DNA from: the human T2T-CHM13v2.0 reference genome, Homo sapiens
Reading direction: 5' to 3' (one strand)
NCBI RefSeq assembly: GCF_009914755.1
Contig: NC_060929.1
Length of the DNA stretch: 64,000 nucleotides
The stretch's first letter is position 1. Each line of letters starts with the position of its first letter. The notes under the pieces are model-generated. The model had not been told where the DNA came from. It saw only the letters and a program-made list of their open reading frames with translations, and made no database searches. Positions 41,556 through 55,106 of the stretch are shown here, piece after piece. The translations under genes were made by a program, and so were the position numbers.

Positions 41556-43194
41556 GGTTATTCAATTTTTTGTTGAGTTGTAAGAGTTATTTATACGTTA
41601 TAGAAATTAACCCTTTATCAGATATGTAACTTCTAAAATGCCTTAGTTTATTCCATATTTTGCCTTTTCACTCTGTTGACTGTGTCCTTTGATGTACACA
41701 TTTTTTAAAGCTTGTTGTAGTCTCACTTTGTCTATTGCTGGTTTTATTGCCTGTGCTTTTGGTGTCACATCCAGAAAACATTGCCAATTCAATGTCATAA
41801 AGATTTTCTGTTTCCTTCTAGGAGTTTTGTAGTTTTAGGTTTCACGTTGCAGTCTTTAATCCATTTTTAGTTAGGTTTTATATGTTGTTAAATAAGAGTC
41901 CAGCTTTATTGTTTTATAGTTAATATTCAGTTTTCCTCACACCATTTGTTAAGGAGCCTGCCCTTTCTTTTAGGAGTGGTCTTAAGATTTTTTTGTTGAA
42001 GGTTATTTGACCATATATTTGAGGATTTATTCCTGAACTCTCCATTATATTTCATTGTTCTATTTATCTGTCTTTATGCTTGTGTTACACTGTTTTATTA
42101 CTGCAGCTCTGTAATATGTTTTGAAATTAGGAAATGTGAACTTTTCAGTTTTGTTCTTTTTCAAATGTTTTGGTATTTTGGGGTTCCTAGAGACTCCTTT
42201 TAAATTTTCAGTATGTTTTCTTTATGTGGCAAATATGACATTGTGATTTTGAAAAGGATTGTAGTGAATCTGTACATCTCTTTTTGTAGTATGGACAACT
42301 AAAGAATATTAAGTTTTTTTAATCCATAAACATAAAATGCTTTTCATTTATTTGTTTTCTTTAATTTATTTCAAAAATATTTTATAATTTTAACATACAT
42401 GACTTATACCTCCTTGGTTAGATTTTTATTCCTAAGTATTTTATGATTTATGATCCTATTGCACATTAAATTGCTTTCTTAATTACATTTTTGGAAAGTT
42501 CATTTTAGTGTATAAAAAGAAAACGATTTCCATGTTGATTTTGCATCCTGAAACTTTACTGAGTTAATTTATTAGTCCTAACAGGTTTTTTTTTCAGTCT
42601 TTAGAACTTTCTACATATAAGTCTATATCATCTATGAAAACAGATAATTTAACTTCTTTTTTCCAATTTGAATATCTTGTATTTCTTTTTATTGCTTAAT
42701 ATTTCTGGCCAGAGTCTCTAGCATTATGTTGAAAAGAAATGGTAAGAGCCAGGATCCTTGACTTGTTCCGGAACATAGGAAAAAGCTTTCAGACTTTCTT
42801 CGTTCACTGTGATGTTAGCTGTGAGCTTTTCAGAAATGGCATTTATTATGTTGAGGTACTTTCCTTGTATTCTTAATTAGGTTGAAAGATTTTATAAAAT
42901 GTTGTTAAATCTTGTCAAATGTTTTTTCTGCATCAGTTGAGATGATCATGTGAATTTTTTCTCCATTCTGCTAATGTGCTGTATTACCCCAATTGTTGAG
43001 CCATCTTTGAATTCTAGGAATAAACCTACACCTTCACAGCTCCAGCTACTCCACACACAAACACTTTATGTTATCAATGTCAAAATTACATCTTTATATA
43101 TTATATATCCATGAACATAGATGTAAATTTAAAATTTTTTTTATCATTTAAATTCTATTCACTAAATTACAATAGTACAGGTTACTATATTTGA

Positions 43195-43658
<464 letters not shown>

Positions 43659-45964
43659 ACTTTCTCCTTCATTTTTGAAACACAGTTTTGCTACATGCAA
43701 TATTTTTGATTTACATTTTTTCTTCCGTACTTTGAATATATCATCCCTCTACCATCCTGCAAATTTCTGCTAAGAAATCTGCTGATAATTTTTTGGAGCT
43801 CCCTTGAATGTGAATTGTTTTCTTTTTGCAACATTCAAGATTCTGTCTTTGTCTCTGACTTTAAACAGTTTGATTACCTGTCTTGGCATGTTTCTCTTTT
43901 GATTTATTATAATTTAAATTATGTGAGCTTCTTGAATCTGCATGTCTATTTTTTTCCTCAGATTTTATAATTTTCAGCCATGATTTCTTCAAATAACTTC
44001 TCTGTTCCTTTCTGTTTCTCTTCTCTTTATGTGATTTATATGCTTACATTGTTCTCCTTGACAGTGCCCCATTAGTCCATTAAGCTCTGATTTCCTTCAT
44101 TTTTCTTGCTCCTCTGACTTTAACTGTCTTCAAGCTCACTGATTCTTTTATCTGCCTAATGAAGTCTGCTGTTGAACTTCTCTAAGAAATTTTTCAGTTT
44201 AGTTGTTGCATTATTCAGCTTCAGAATTTCTATTTGTTACTTTTTTATAGTTTTTGTCTCTTTCTTATATTCTCATTTTGTTTATGGATAATTTTTCTGG
44301 TTTTGTTTAGTTGTCTATTTGGGTTCTCTTTTAGCTCATTTGGCATCTTTATAACAGTTGTTTTAAATTCTTTGTCAGACAGCTCATAGGTCTGAATTTC
44401 TTTAGAGTAAGTCTCTGAAGTTTTTTTTTATTTCTTTTATTGAGACTTATTACTTTGCCCCTTTGTATGCCATGTTTTTATATTTTACTGGGATTGGGCA
44501 TGTGTAAAAACAACCATCGCTCCTAGGCTTTGCTTTCTGGTTTCATGCAAGGGAAGAGCTTCACCAATCACCCTTGCTGAAGATTCTAGGACATTTCATA
44601 CCTTTTCTGATCTGTTGCTCCCTCTCATGACTGCCTGTGGAATTATACCTGTAGTGTATTGCTTGTCTGTTTTCAGGAGCTTCTAAACTCTGGTGCAGGT
44701 TCAATTAACGCTCTGAATCAGACAGGCAGCAACTAATCCCTTCAGCAGCCCTCAGACCAGCCCAGAATGTTGACTGTGTGTCCATTCCTCTGTTTTCATC
44801 CCAAGAGAGGATTCCCAGTATGAAAGGCTTCCTATCAATTGCATCATGCTATGCTGAATAGGGAGAGGGGCTCAAATGAGCTCACCAAATGCTATGTGTT
44901 TTCTATTCTTTTTGCTGAAATCCTGTCTTGGTTTTATAATAGCTTGGATGTTATTGATTCTCAGCTGGTCTCTTGAGTTTTCATAGAGGTGCTCTGGTCC
45001 ACATGTTCTTTTACTCAGTGTCTCTGTGAGGAAAGGAGGGCTTATAGCTTCTTAGTCTACCATGTTGCTTATATCCAGAAAGAGATTTCTTAAATTGGAC
45101 ACTAAAGGATCATCTACTAACAGTTACAAGATGAAAACCCTGGCTCAAAATATTTAAATGGATACTTTTCAGGGTAAAATATACAGATGACCAATAAAAA
45201 ATTGTATCACTCCTCATCAAATAAATGCAAACTAAATGTAAAATTATGCATCATTACACACATGCTTTAATGGCTAAAATTTGTAAAATTTTAGTAGCAA
45301 CTTCAACTTTTTCCAAGGATGTGAAGCAACAATACCTCTTGTACATTTCTGGTTAAAATGTAAAATGGCAAAATCACCTTAGATAACAGTTAAGCAATTT
45401 TTTAAACAGTTAAATGTATACTTACCATACAACCCAGTTATTCCACCTTTATATATTTACACAAGATAAAGGAAAACATATACACACAGACACATGTGTA
45501 CCCTAATGTTCAAGACAGTTATAGTCATAGTTCTCAAACATTTGAAACAATTAAAATGTTCATAAATGATTAAATGGACAAATATAACACAGTCTAACCA
45601 TGATATAAAATACTACTCAACAATAAAAATGAACATGACTAATGCATGCAAAATAATGAATGCATCTAAAAATATTATGCTGAGTGAAAAAAACCAGATT
45701 CAAAGAGAATATACTATGATTTTATATATGAAATTATAGAAAATAGATAGTAAAAGGAAATAGAACTAGATAATTGGCAATTTACCTTAAATTTTAAAAT
45801 TCCTTGAATTGAGGTTCTATTAATTTTCCATCTATTCACTTTTTTTGAATATTTCATCTATTCATATTTTAGAAATGGCTAGGTTCCGTGCTTTTACATT
45901 AAAAGACTCTGACTATTCTACCAACTACTGTATTTTTTCTCTATATATAGAAAATCCTAACTAC

Positions 45965-47582
45965 AAGTTTTTGCCCATGCCTATGTCCTGAATGGTGTTG
46001 CTTAGGTTTTCTTCTAGGATTTTTATGGTTTTAGGTCTTACATTTAAGTCTTTAATCCATCTTGAGTTAATTTTTGTATAAGCTATAAGGAAGGGGTCCA
46101 GCTTCAGTTTTCTGCATGTGGCTAGCCAGTTTTTGCAACACCATTTATTAAATAGGGAATCCTTTCCCCATTGCTTGTTTTTGTCAGGTTTGTAAAAGAT
46201 CAGATGGTTGTAGATACATGGCATTATTTCTGAGGCCTCTGTTCTGTTCCATTGGTCTATATATCTGTTTTGGTACCAGTATCATGCTGTTTCGGTTACC
46301 GCGGCCTTGTAGTATAGTTTGAAGTCACGTAGCATGATGCCTCCAGCTTTGTTCTTTTTGCTTAGGATTATCTTGGCTATGTGGGTGCTTTTTTGGTTCC
46401 ATATGAAATTTAAAGTAGTTTTTTTTCTAATTCTGTGAAGAAAGTCAATGGTAGCTTGATAGGGATATCACTATAAACTACTTTGGACAGTATGGCCATT
46501 TTCACAATATTGATTCTTCCTGTCCATGAGCATAGAATGTTCATGACTAAAACACCAAAAGCAAAGACAATAAAAGCCAAAATTGACAAATGGGTTCTAA
46601 TCAAACTAAAGAGCTTCTACACAGCAAAAGAAACTATCATCAGAGTAAACAGGCAACCTGTAGAATGGGAGAAAATTTTTGCAATCTATCCATCTGACAA
46701 AGAGCTAATATCCAGAATCTGTAAGGAACTTAAACAAATTTACAAGAAAAAAAACCCATCAAAAACTAGGCAAAGGGTATGAACAGACACTTCTCAAAAA
46801 AAGACATTTATGTGGCCAAGAAACATATGAAAAAAAGCTTAGCCTCACTGGTCATTAGAGAAATGCAAATCAAAACAACAGTGAGATACCATCTCACACC
46901 AGTTAGAATGGCTATCATTAAAAAGTCAGGAAACAATAGATGCTGGAGAGGATGTGGAGAAATAGGAATGCTTTTACACTATTGGTGGGAGTGCAAATTA
47001 GTTCAACCATTGTGGAAGATGGGGTGGCGATTCCTCAAGGATCTAGAACCAGAAATATCTTTTGATCCAGCAATTATAAATTATAAATTATTCTACTATA
47101 AAGACACATGCACATGTATGTTTATTGCTGCACTGTTCACAATAGCAAAGACTTGGAACCAACCCAAAGGCCCATCAATGATAGACTGGGTAAAGAAAAT
47201 GTGGCACATATACACCATGGAATACCATGCAGCCATAAAAAACGATGAGTTCATGTCCTTTGCAGGGACATGGATTAAGCTGGAAACCATCATTTTCAGC
47301 AAACTGACACAGGAATAGAAAATCAAACACTGCATGTTCTCACTCATATGTGGGAGTTGAACAATGAGAACACATGGACACAGGGAGAGGAACATCACAC
47401 TCTGTGGCCTGTCAGGGGTTGTGGTGCCAGGGGAGGGATAGCATTAGGAGAAATACCTAATGTAGATGACGGGTTGATAGGTGCAGCAAACCACCATGGC
47501 ATGTGTATTCCTATGTAACAATCCTGCACGTTCTGCATATGTATCCCAGAACTTAAAGTATAATAATAATTAAAAAAAAGAA
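45965..47582 (+). mobile_element. L1PA (PA7-like) with 5' inversion: antisense 45965-46542, sense 46540-47582
   Basis: 18-bp TSD AGAAAATCC(T/C)AACTACAA at 45949-45966 and 47583-47600. The two parts are contiguous in ORF2. Confidence 0.95.
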
Positions 47583-50500
47583 AGAAAATCCCAACTACAA
47601 AAACTGACCATTTTTAATAAGCCAAATCATTGACACATCCATGGATAAAAACATATCAACTGATAAGAATGTTTTAAGAAACAAACTGATTAGTTAGCTT
47701 AATTAAGCATTAACTCAGATTTTTAAATTCTACATATATATATACTGTGTATATATATTTATTTATTTATGATGGAAATGCAGTAGCTTTTTTCTTAAAG
47801 ATTAAAGTATAGGTTTCTTGATACGTATTATTTTTCTTCCCATTTGCAATTACTCTCATATTTTATGTTTGCTTACGTGACACCCACATTTGAGAAAATT
47901 GCATGTGCTTTCTATATTATAATAAAAGTTTCTATTGGACATTTTTTCTTCTAAGAGCCAATTTAGTCTATGTAAGAGTAAATGTGAATATTTTTTCTAA
48001 GTAAGATTACATGTGTGGATATTTGAATTCTATTTAAGTTTGTTTATTGAATAGAAATTGAGAATTGTTTAACTAGTTTTCACACTTCTTCAACAGGTCT
48101 AGGAGTTGAAAGCAAAAGTTGATATTATGTTCTGGATTATTTAGTTCTCTTATTAAGTTCTGAAGAAATGAGAATAATCTTAATCTAAACATGTGTTCAG
48201 ACACTTCACATATTCATTCCTGCATCTAGAGAAACTAAAAATTTCTTCCAGAACAGGCTTTTTACTCATTTTTCACGGTGATTGTCTCCAGGACCAGACA
48301 GAATTAAAAATTATGGCATTTCACCTGTACACATACTTTTTAACAATGTATACAAGTTTTGCTGAGCTTAGAAATTATGCTGAAGGTTAATTTGTGTTCA
48401 GAGCAAAGGGTGACTTCTTTCTTATTGCAAACTATTTCGCTACGTCAATCTTCTCATCTAACAAGAGGCAGAATTTCCTTCAGAAAGTCATAGCCTTGCA
48501 GGAATACAAATTAGGAGTCAAACAAGCAGTCCTCAGGAAATATAAAAGTTAATAGTAAGTGACCTGATTTGCATGCACGTCCCATCGAACAAGACTGTTC
48601 TAGATTGGATGGCTTAGTGAGAAAATGATTTTTCCTTTAAATCCTGACAGTATGTTCTTGCTACTATCTTCACTATCTCACCATGGTTAAAAAATATCCT
48701 GTCATGAGATGCTGAGCAAATGAAGTATGTATTTTAAAAGACAAAACTATCTATGATTCATCTCACTTAGGCAAGTCTGCTTAACATCTTAATAAAGGAT
48801 GGCTTAGAATTTGGCAAAACTCCGACCTCTAATATTAGACGATATAGAGACAAAAGTACATGAAACCCATGATTATTACTCTTCAGGGTTCAAAAGAAGA
48901 TAAGCGATCATCATTAATAGTGAATAATACAAGCATTCCCAAAAAAGAACAAACTAAAAGAAATAAGGATACACTTATGCTCATTGATATGTGTAAGTAA
49001 GCATGCAAAAAATAATGATAAGAACCAGTTTTTTGGGAGAATCCAGGCTGCATTTAAGAATTCTTGATTGGAATCACTATTGATCCATTCATCTGTCTCT
49101 ATCTTGAATGAGAGATCAATGTTAATAATTAATTTAAGTAAACGTCAGACAATATATTTCCTGTGCATGAATGAGAGTCTACAAAATTTCAAATATGTTT
49201 TTGTAGGAAGCTCAGTTACCTTTCTTCTGAAATTTTTTTCAAAATTGATCTACGGCTGACATTAATACACAGAAAAATAGCACATGATTGATATCCATAT
49301 TCATACATAATATATATTTGGGTGTTCATATATGTGTTTAGTGTGTATGGTTTAAAGAAAGAACTTCAAAAGGAAAATCTTGTGCACACTTTAGAAAGAT
49401 AGTCCCTATTATTTTATTATTAATTTAGGTAAATAGATTTTTTAAAGAATATTAATATGATCTCAATGGATCATGTTTTCTTGATGTATTAGCAACATTT
49501 GAGGGCCTGTTCTTTGGAAAGTGTCTACACTTGAGTGTCTGATTTTTTTGGTATTTTCAACTTATAGTATATTACTACTGCCAACTAACAGTATTGTAGT
49601 TTATTTGTTACAAAAATGCCGGGGGTTTGGTCTAGGTCCTGCTGCTCTCCTCACAGAAAGCCAATCACTGAGACACCTACATTTGAGCATCTGCTCTATG
49701 GAAAGTTCTTGCAAAAGTCTGAGCACGCAAAAATAACTAGGGAATATGTCTACTTTCAAAATTCATAGTATAATAAGCTTTACTAAATTTGAAATACTAA
49801 AAAGACAGCACAAAACAATTGCAATCTCTAAAAGAAAAAGACCTCAAGACTTCTTATATCTTTCTGAAGTGTTTTGAGAAATATTCCATATTCTAATCTA
49901 TTTGCTAAATGTTATTGTAAATTTCATAGATTATTTTTATTAAAGTAATACATGCACATAGTTTAAAATTGCATTGGCTTAAAATAAAGGACAATGGTTT
50001 CTTTCTCCATTGTTCACTTTGTTAACCCCACTTGAAGAACTCCTATAAAGTATGTATTTCCATTTTTCTATGGTTATTTTCAAATCTCTAAATAATATGC
50101 TCATGTGGCCCTGTCTTGATGCTCCATTGTCTTTGACATTTTATAAAATAAAAATATTAGCAAATATATTGTTCTGTCACCAGTTTACAACATGAAGGAT
50201 AGAATTTACATTCTCCACAATCATAATTTGATGTGACCTTTGCCCATTAATTACTTTTAAATGTTGAAAAGTTAATACACTAAAATATACATTATTATGA
50301 ATGTATAAATATTATTTAATGTACCGTCAAGTAGTATGTTATGATGATATGTTCTTTCTTGAACAAGTTTTTTGGTATTTTGTATTTTTACTCCATCATA
50401 GACTTAGGGAGTTAAAAAACTAATTTATACTACATTTTTATTAATTATTTTTAATTTTTGCTTTTTCCCAAATATAACATCTCAAATTTTGCTGAGATCA

Positions 50501-51289
50501 CAAGATTTTTAAAAAGTTTATTTCTGTTCTCTTAATTGTCTCTCTTTGCACAGGGTCTGTTTTCTGCTTATTTTGGTCTTTTCTTCTTTGTTTTTTCTTC
50601 TAATTTTTCTTAGGAGTGTTCTTTCTTATCCTGTTAATTTAAGAATGAAGCAATGGAAAGGTTTTTGGCATTTCTCAGTGTCTTACTGGATATTGCTGAC
50701 TGGCAGGATTTGCATAGGAATTCATTGTTGGGCAGCTATTACGTGAAGGTATCACAAGTAAAACAAAAATTGGCTTTATTTTGCAGCACAAATACATTAG
50801 CTGAAGCATCATCTCATAATCACTTTCATTTCTGTAAGAAATCATTCATAAATATGTGTGTGTTTGCATTCTTCTGGCAAAAACGTAAACATCTTTCTCT
50901 GTTCTCTTCATGTAATTGTTTGGAGAGTCTACTACGTCGTGGAGGTTTCCTCCATCAGTGCTTTGTTTCCTACCTAACTTCTTTCTCAGCTTCCACCATC
51001 CAGCTGAATCAGGAGCCCTGTTGTTTTGCTATGTGCATGTTCTATATTCCAGCTGTTCTTCTTCTATTCCATTTCCCCCAACACTCCTCTTACACATGAT
51101 TTCCCTCATTCTACTGTTCTACTTTAAACACTTCTTTTGTTCTGCTGTTTCACTTTAAAAACTCCTTTATTCTCATTATAATGTATGCTCAGGAAGGAGA
51201 AACTATAAACGCTTGTTCTGCCTATGAACAAGTGATCTAGCTCCTAATTTTCCATCTATGAAATGAAAGGGGTTCAGATATTTGGCTTA

Positions 51290-51530
51290 AATTAGCATTC
51301 CCCTCACTATGTACCTCAGAATACTTGTTCCATGAAGTATTAATAGATATTTTATGATTAAATAATAGATGCTGCATAATCTATCCACTGCTAGAGACTT
51401 ACATACACTTCACTATATGAACATCTCTGAAAATCCAGCAAAGAAACTTCTTTAACATTTTGTAAATCGACATTACTCACTGTGAAAATCTATAATTAAT
51501 GAAGAACCTATACTATCTCAAAGAACTAGC
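51290..51530 (+). mobile_element. MER103C-like fragment
   Basis: AGAATACTTGTTCCATGAAG..TAATAG and CTCTGAAAATCCAGCAAAGAAACTTCTTTAAC. Confidence 0.45.
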
Positions 51531-52013
51531 AGATTTGTAAAAATTTTATATATAATGACTCTGTGAAGTTAGGGAAAAGTCTATGTCACAAATGTCCTAC
51601 AATTGAAAATGGGAAATTTTCACAGCACATTCGATTGTTTGTTTAGAAATTATTGTAAAAACACTGCAAAAAGAAGCAATCAATGGAAGTACTAAAGAGG
51701 AAAGACCTCATGAATAGTCTACTCTTAACTGACATTTGTGACACATTAAGATACCTACTTATTAATATAGTCAAAAGTGTAGACCCTGCCAAACATTCTT
51801 GGTCATTGTGTAAATCTGTACTTACGAGAAGAAAATAGTTTAAAAGAGATGACCTAATTGCTCTAATGCTTATAGGAATCTAAGAAAATCAAAACTCTGC
51901 AAAAAAAAATTTATGAATGGTTAAATAATAATGCTGATTATCATGCATGCTGATTTTCTTGGTGTTTTCAACTTACAGTTTATTATTACTGCCAACTAAC
52001 AGTATTGTATATT

Positions 52014-52493
52014 TGTTATCAAAACACTGGGGGTTTGATCTAAGTCCTGTTGCTCTCCTCTCAGAAAATCAATCAATGAGACAATGATTGCTGGGGAAGA
52101 AGGCTTTATTTGGGTGCTGCAGATCAGTCTCAAATTCATCTCCTTAATGGACTAAAATTAAGGGTTTATATAGCAGGGAAGAGGTGTAATTATGTGTGGG
52201 TATACAGGAATTAGGGAAGGATGAGGAAGAGAACTTGGTCAACTGATAGCAGGTGATCAGTTAGGCAATCAGGACAGGTGAGGGGTCTGGCATTTCATTG
52301 TCCAGATATGGAGATCTGGTACGTTTCAGTTCCTTAATACCATCTAGGAGACATGATGTTTGGTTTCCTGAGAAAGGAATTGAGATAAGACAAATGTAAC
52401 TTTCTCTAGTTTTAAGACTGGGAAGGTCAATTTCTAGGTTTATCCAAGAGAAACCATAAAGCTCATTTCTATGGGATAGTAGGGCCAGTTTTA
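52014..52493 (-). mobile_element. MER31-like ERV1 solo LTR
   Basis: TGTTATCAAAACACTGGGGGTTTG...CTATGGGATAGTAGGGCCAGTTTTA. 4-bp TSD TATT at 52010-52013 and 52494-52497. Confidence 0.8.
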
Positions 52494-52674
52494 TATTCAG
52501 CATTGAAGTTTAAAACAAGGCTATATAAAACCTTATCTAAATATCAAAATTCCTTGAATGAAGGGTAACTTTTTGTAGTTGGGAAACACAGCTAAAGTTA
52601 ACTCTAAGTTTTTCTCCTTATTTCATATGGTCTCTACACAGATCCTGACTTCCAATCAAGGTCCATCTTGTCTC

Positions 52675-52675
<1 letters not shown>

Positions 52676-52707
<32 letters not shown>

Positions 52708-52800
52708 CAGAGCCTTGCTTTGTTGCTCAGACTGGACTGCAGTGGTGCGATGTCCATTGCAACCTCTGCCTCCCAGGTTCAAGCAATTCTCCTGCCTCAG
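52676..52800 (-). mobile_element. Alu 3' fragment with (TA)n(GA)n in place of the tail
   Basis: GCAACCTCTGCCTCCCAGGTTCAAGCAATTCTCCTGCCTCAG. Confidence 0.8.
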
Positions 52801-53339
52801 GTGTTTTATATTATTTTATTATTTATTATTTGTTGGCTCTATATCCTTTAGTCTCCCTATCTAAACTGTGATTTCTTGAAAGCATATTAATTTTATTCAA
52901 CACCTACCTATTAGTGAACCCATCATAATTATTAAGATGCTTGTTGATTGATTGGAATGCAAAAAGGAGAATCAAGATAGTTCTTTTTAAGCCAAAATAT
53001 GAATCATGTGAAATGAAACTTCAAGTACACATTACAGAATTTGAGAGAATATGGAAATTCATCAATAATTTTGAACTGTTTTTATTAATAAACATATGAT
53101 AAATGCCCATACATTTTGACCCAATGAACTGCACAAACACATTTACATCCTAATTGAATGTATATTTTCGCAGTATTCACAGAATCTTGAAACATAACTA
53201 TGGAGTCTCCACTTTAAGACCCACAACTACTCTAATGAATAAAAACAAACAAGAAGATACATTCGCTACAATCTTTTGTACATTAAATAAAACCAGTAAC
53301 CGCCTAAAAGAGATATCTATAGATGTATATAGATACATG

Positions 53340-53421
53340 TCTGTGTATATATGTGTGTGTGTGTGTGTGTGTATTAGATACCTTACATACACACACACAT
53401 ATACATATACACACACACACA
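53340..53421. repeat. (TG)n followed by (CA)/(TA) microsatellite
   Basis: Read directly from the sequence. Confidence 0.9.
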
Positions 53422-55058
53422 AACATTTATACAAATATAATACATGTACATGTTTTGGGAATTTGCTTTCATTATATAATTGTCAAGCATCATGCAACCT
53501 CAGATTGTTTTTTTCAGCCTATTGGCACATATAGTTGACGTTATTCTATGTAGTATATTTTAATATTTCGTCCATAATTGTGTATGTAACTTAAAATATC
53601 TCTCTTGATTGAGTAACAGAACTAATAAAGCCTATTCAAATATAATAACAATGCTTCAAAGTTTTACCAAAAATATAAACAATTATTGAAGGATAGATAA
53701 TGAACTGGATACTTTGTATAATTAAAATTTAATTATATATTATTATTGCCTTCAAATATAACTAAAATAAAATAAGAAAGTATAAATAAATGTATTCATT
53801 TTAATTTATTAATAAGTTACCTATAACATAAACAATAGAAGAAAAACAAGAAGGTTATGAGGAATAGCTTTATAAGAAGGTAACAATTAAGCTGGATATA
53901 CTAGCCTCTGTTAATACTTGAAGGACCTGAAGTTTCCTTAAGACTTTTTTTTCTTTTATTCAATAAGTACATAATGAATGCCTACTATGAACCAAAGATA
54001 TTTATGATGGTAGAAAATCTTCAATTTTTAAGACTAGATATGGTTCATTAAACTTTCTAAAGTCACCAGATCCTACATGGTGATGAATTTAGGTAATACT
54101 ATGTTTGATCTAAAAGTACATGTGAATTTAAAGCAGTAAAGTAGAGTTTTGATTATGGCTTGTAAAATACATTCAAGGACATATTTTAAAAGTGTCACAA
54201 CATTGTTTTGATTGATTGCAACAATTTTTAGAAAAAAAGAGGATTATTTTAAAGGACAACTTGTACTGGAAAATTGTTAGATTAAAGATAATTATTTTTA
54301 TAAGGTATAGCCACACCAAAGATCCACAGGCTTAAAACAGCATTAACTAAGATCTAAGATAAAACAAGGACAAGATTTATAATGTTGCAGATTATTTAGA
54401 CATGACTTGTTTCTTCTTCCTTGCTGATTAAGATAATTATTAATATTCCATAGCTCATACATTTAGTGTAAGACTTAAGTAGACCAAACTTTTTAAGTAA
54501 TTTGCTTTTTGGAGAAAAATTTGCTTAGCTAAGTGAGTGTGAGATATATACTGTCACGAATTAATTCACTTGATTACTGTTTTCTTAAGTATTTTTCTAG
54601 GAATCCTAGCCCAAAGAAATGTTTCTATAGTCAAAATAAATTTCAAGCCACAGACTCAGATGTTCAAGGAATATAATATTCTATACTTTTTTTCATTAAA
54701 CACAATTCTATTTTGAGACTGTATTCCAACTGATTATAGAAATACAGTTTTAATCACTCAAGGACCATAGAAGGATAAGGAACTCTTGGTAGGATTTGTT
54801 GTTGTTTACCACAGATAATGTCTTCTGAGATGCCCTTTTCCCTTTCTCATGCTTGGTGACTAGGCCATGCAGGCCACCCCTAAACCATCACTGCATGCTG
54901 TTCAGGGCTGCTGGCTCTCTGTGCTAGGTCCACACTGGTCTCATTCACATAAGAAACATTCTTCTGCTGCACTTTCATGGAGCCAGGACACAGGCTCCCT
55001 GTGCTTTAATTTATCAGCTTTTTATTTCCCCTATGATACTTCTCTCTTCCATCCAGTT

Positions 55059-55102
<44 letters not shown>

Positions 55103-55106
55103 CACA
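55059..55106. repeat. (CA)n microsatellite
   Basis: Read directly from the sequence. Confidence 0.95.

Noticed and set aside
46779-47318. Longest ORF (179 aa) and similar ORFs at 23153, 33971, 41066 and 60444
   Set aside because: These are fragments of L1 ORF2 in truncated, mutated copies, not host genes or active elements.
50653-51158. 148-aa ORF and overlapping ORFs in unique sequence
   Set aside because: No recognisable domain, composition typical of chance ORFs in T-rich DNA, and no convincing exon structure.
53154-53538. Overlapping ORFs and a (TG)n/(CA)n inverted stem
   Set aside because: Both are explained by dinucleotide microsatellites.
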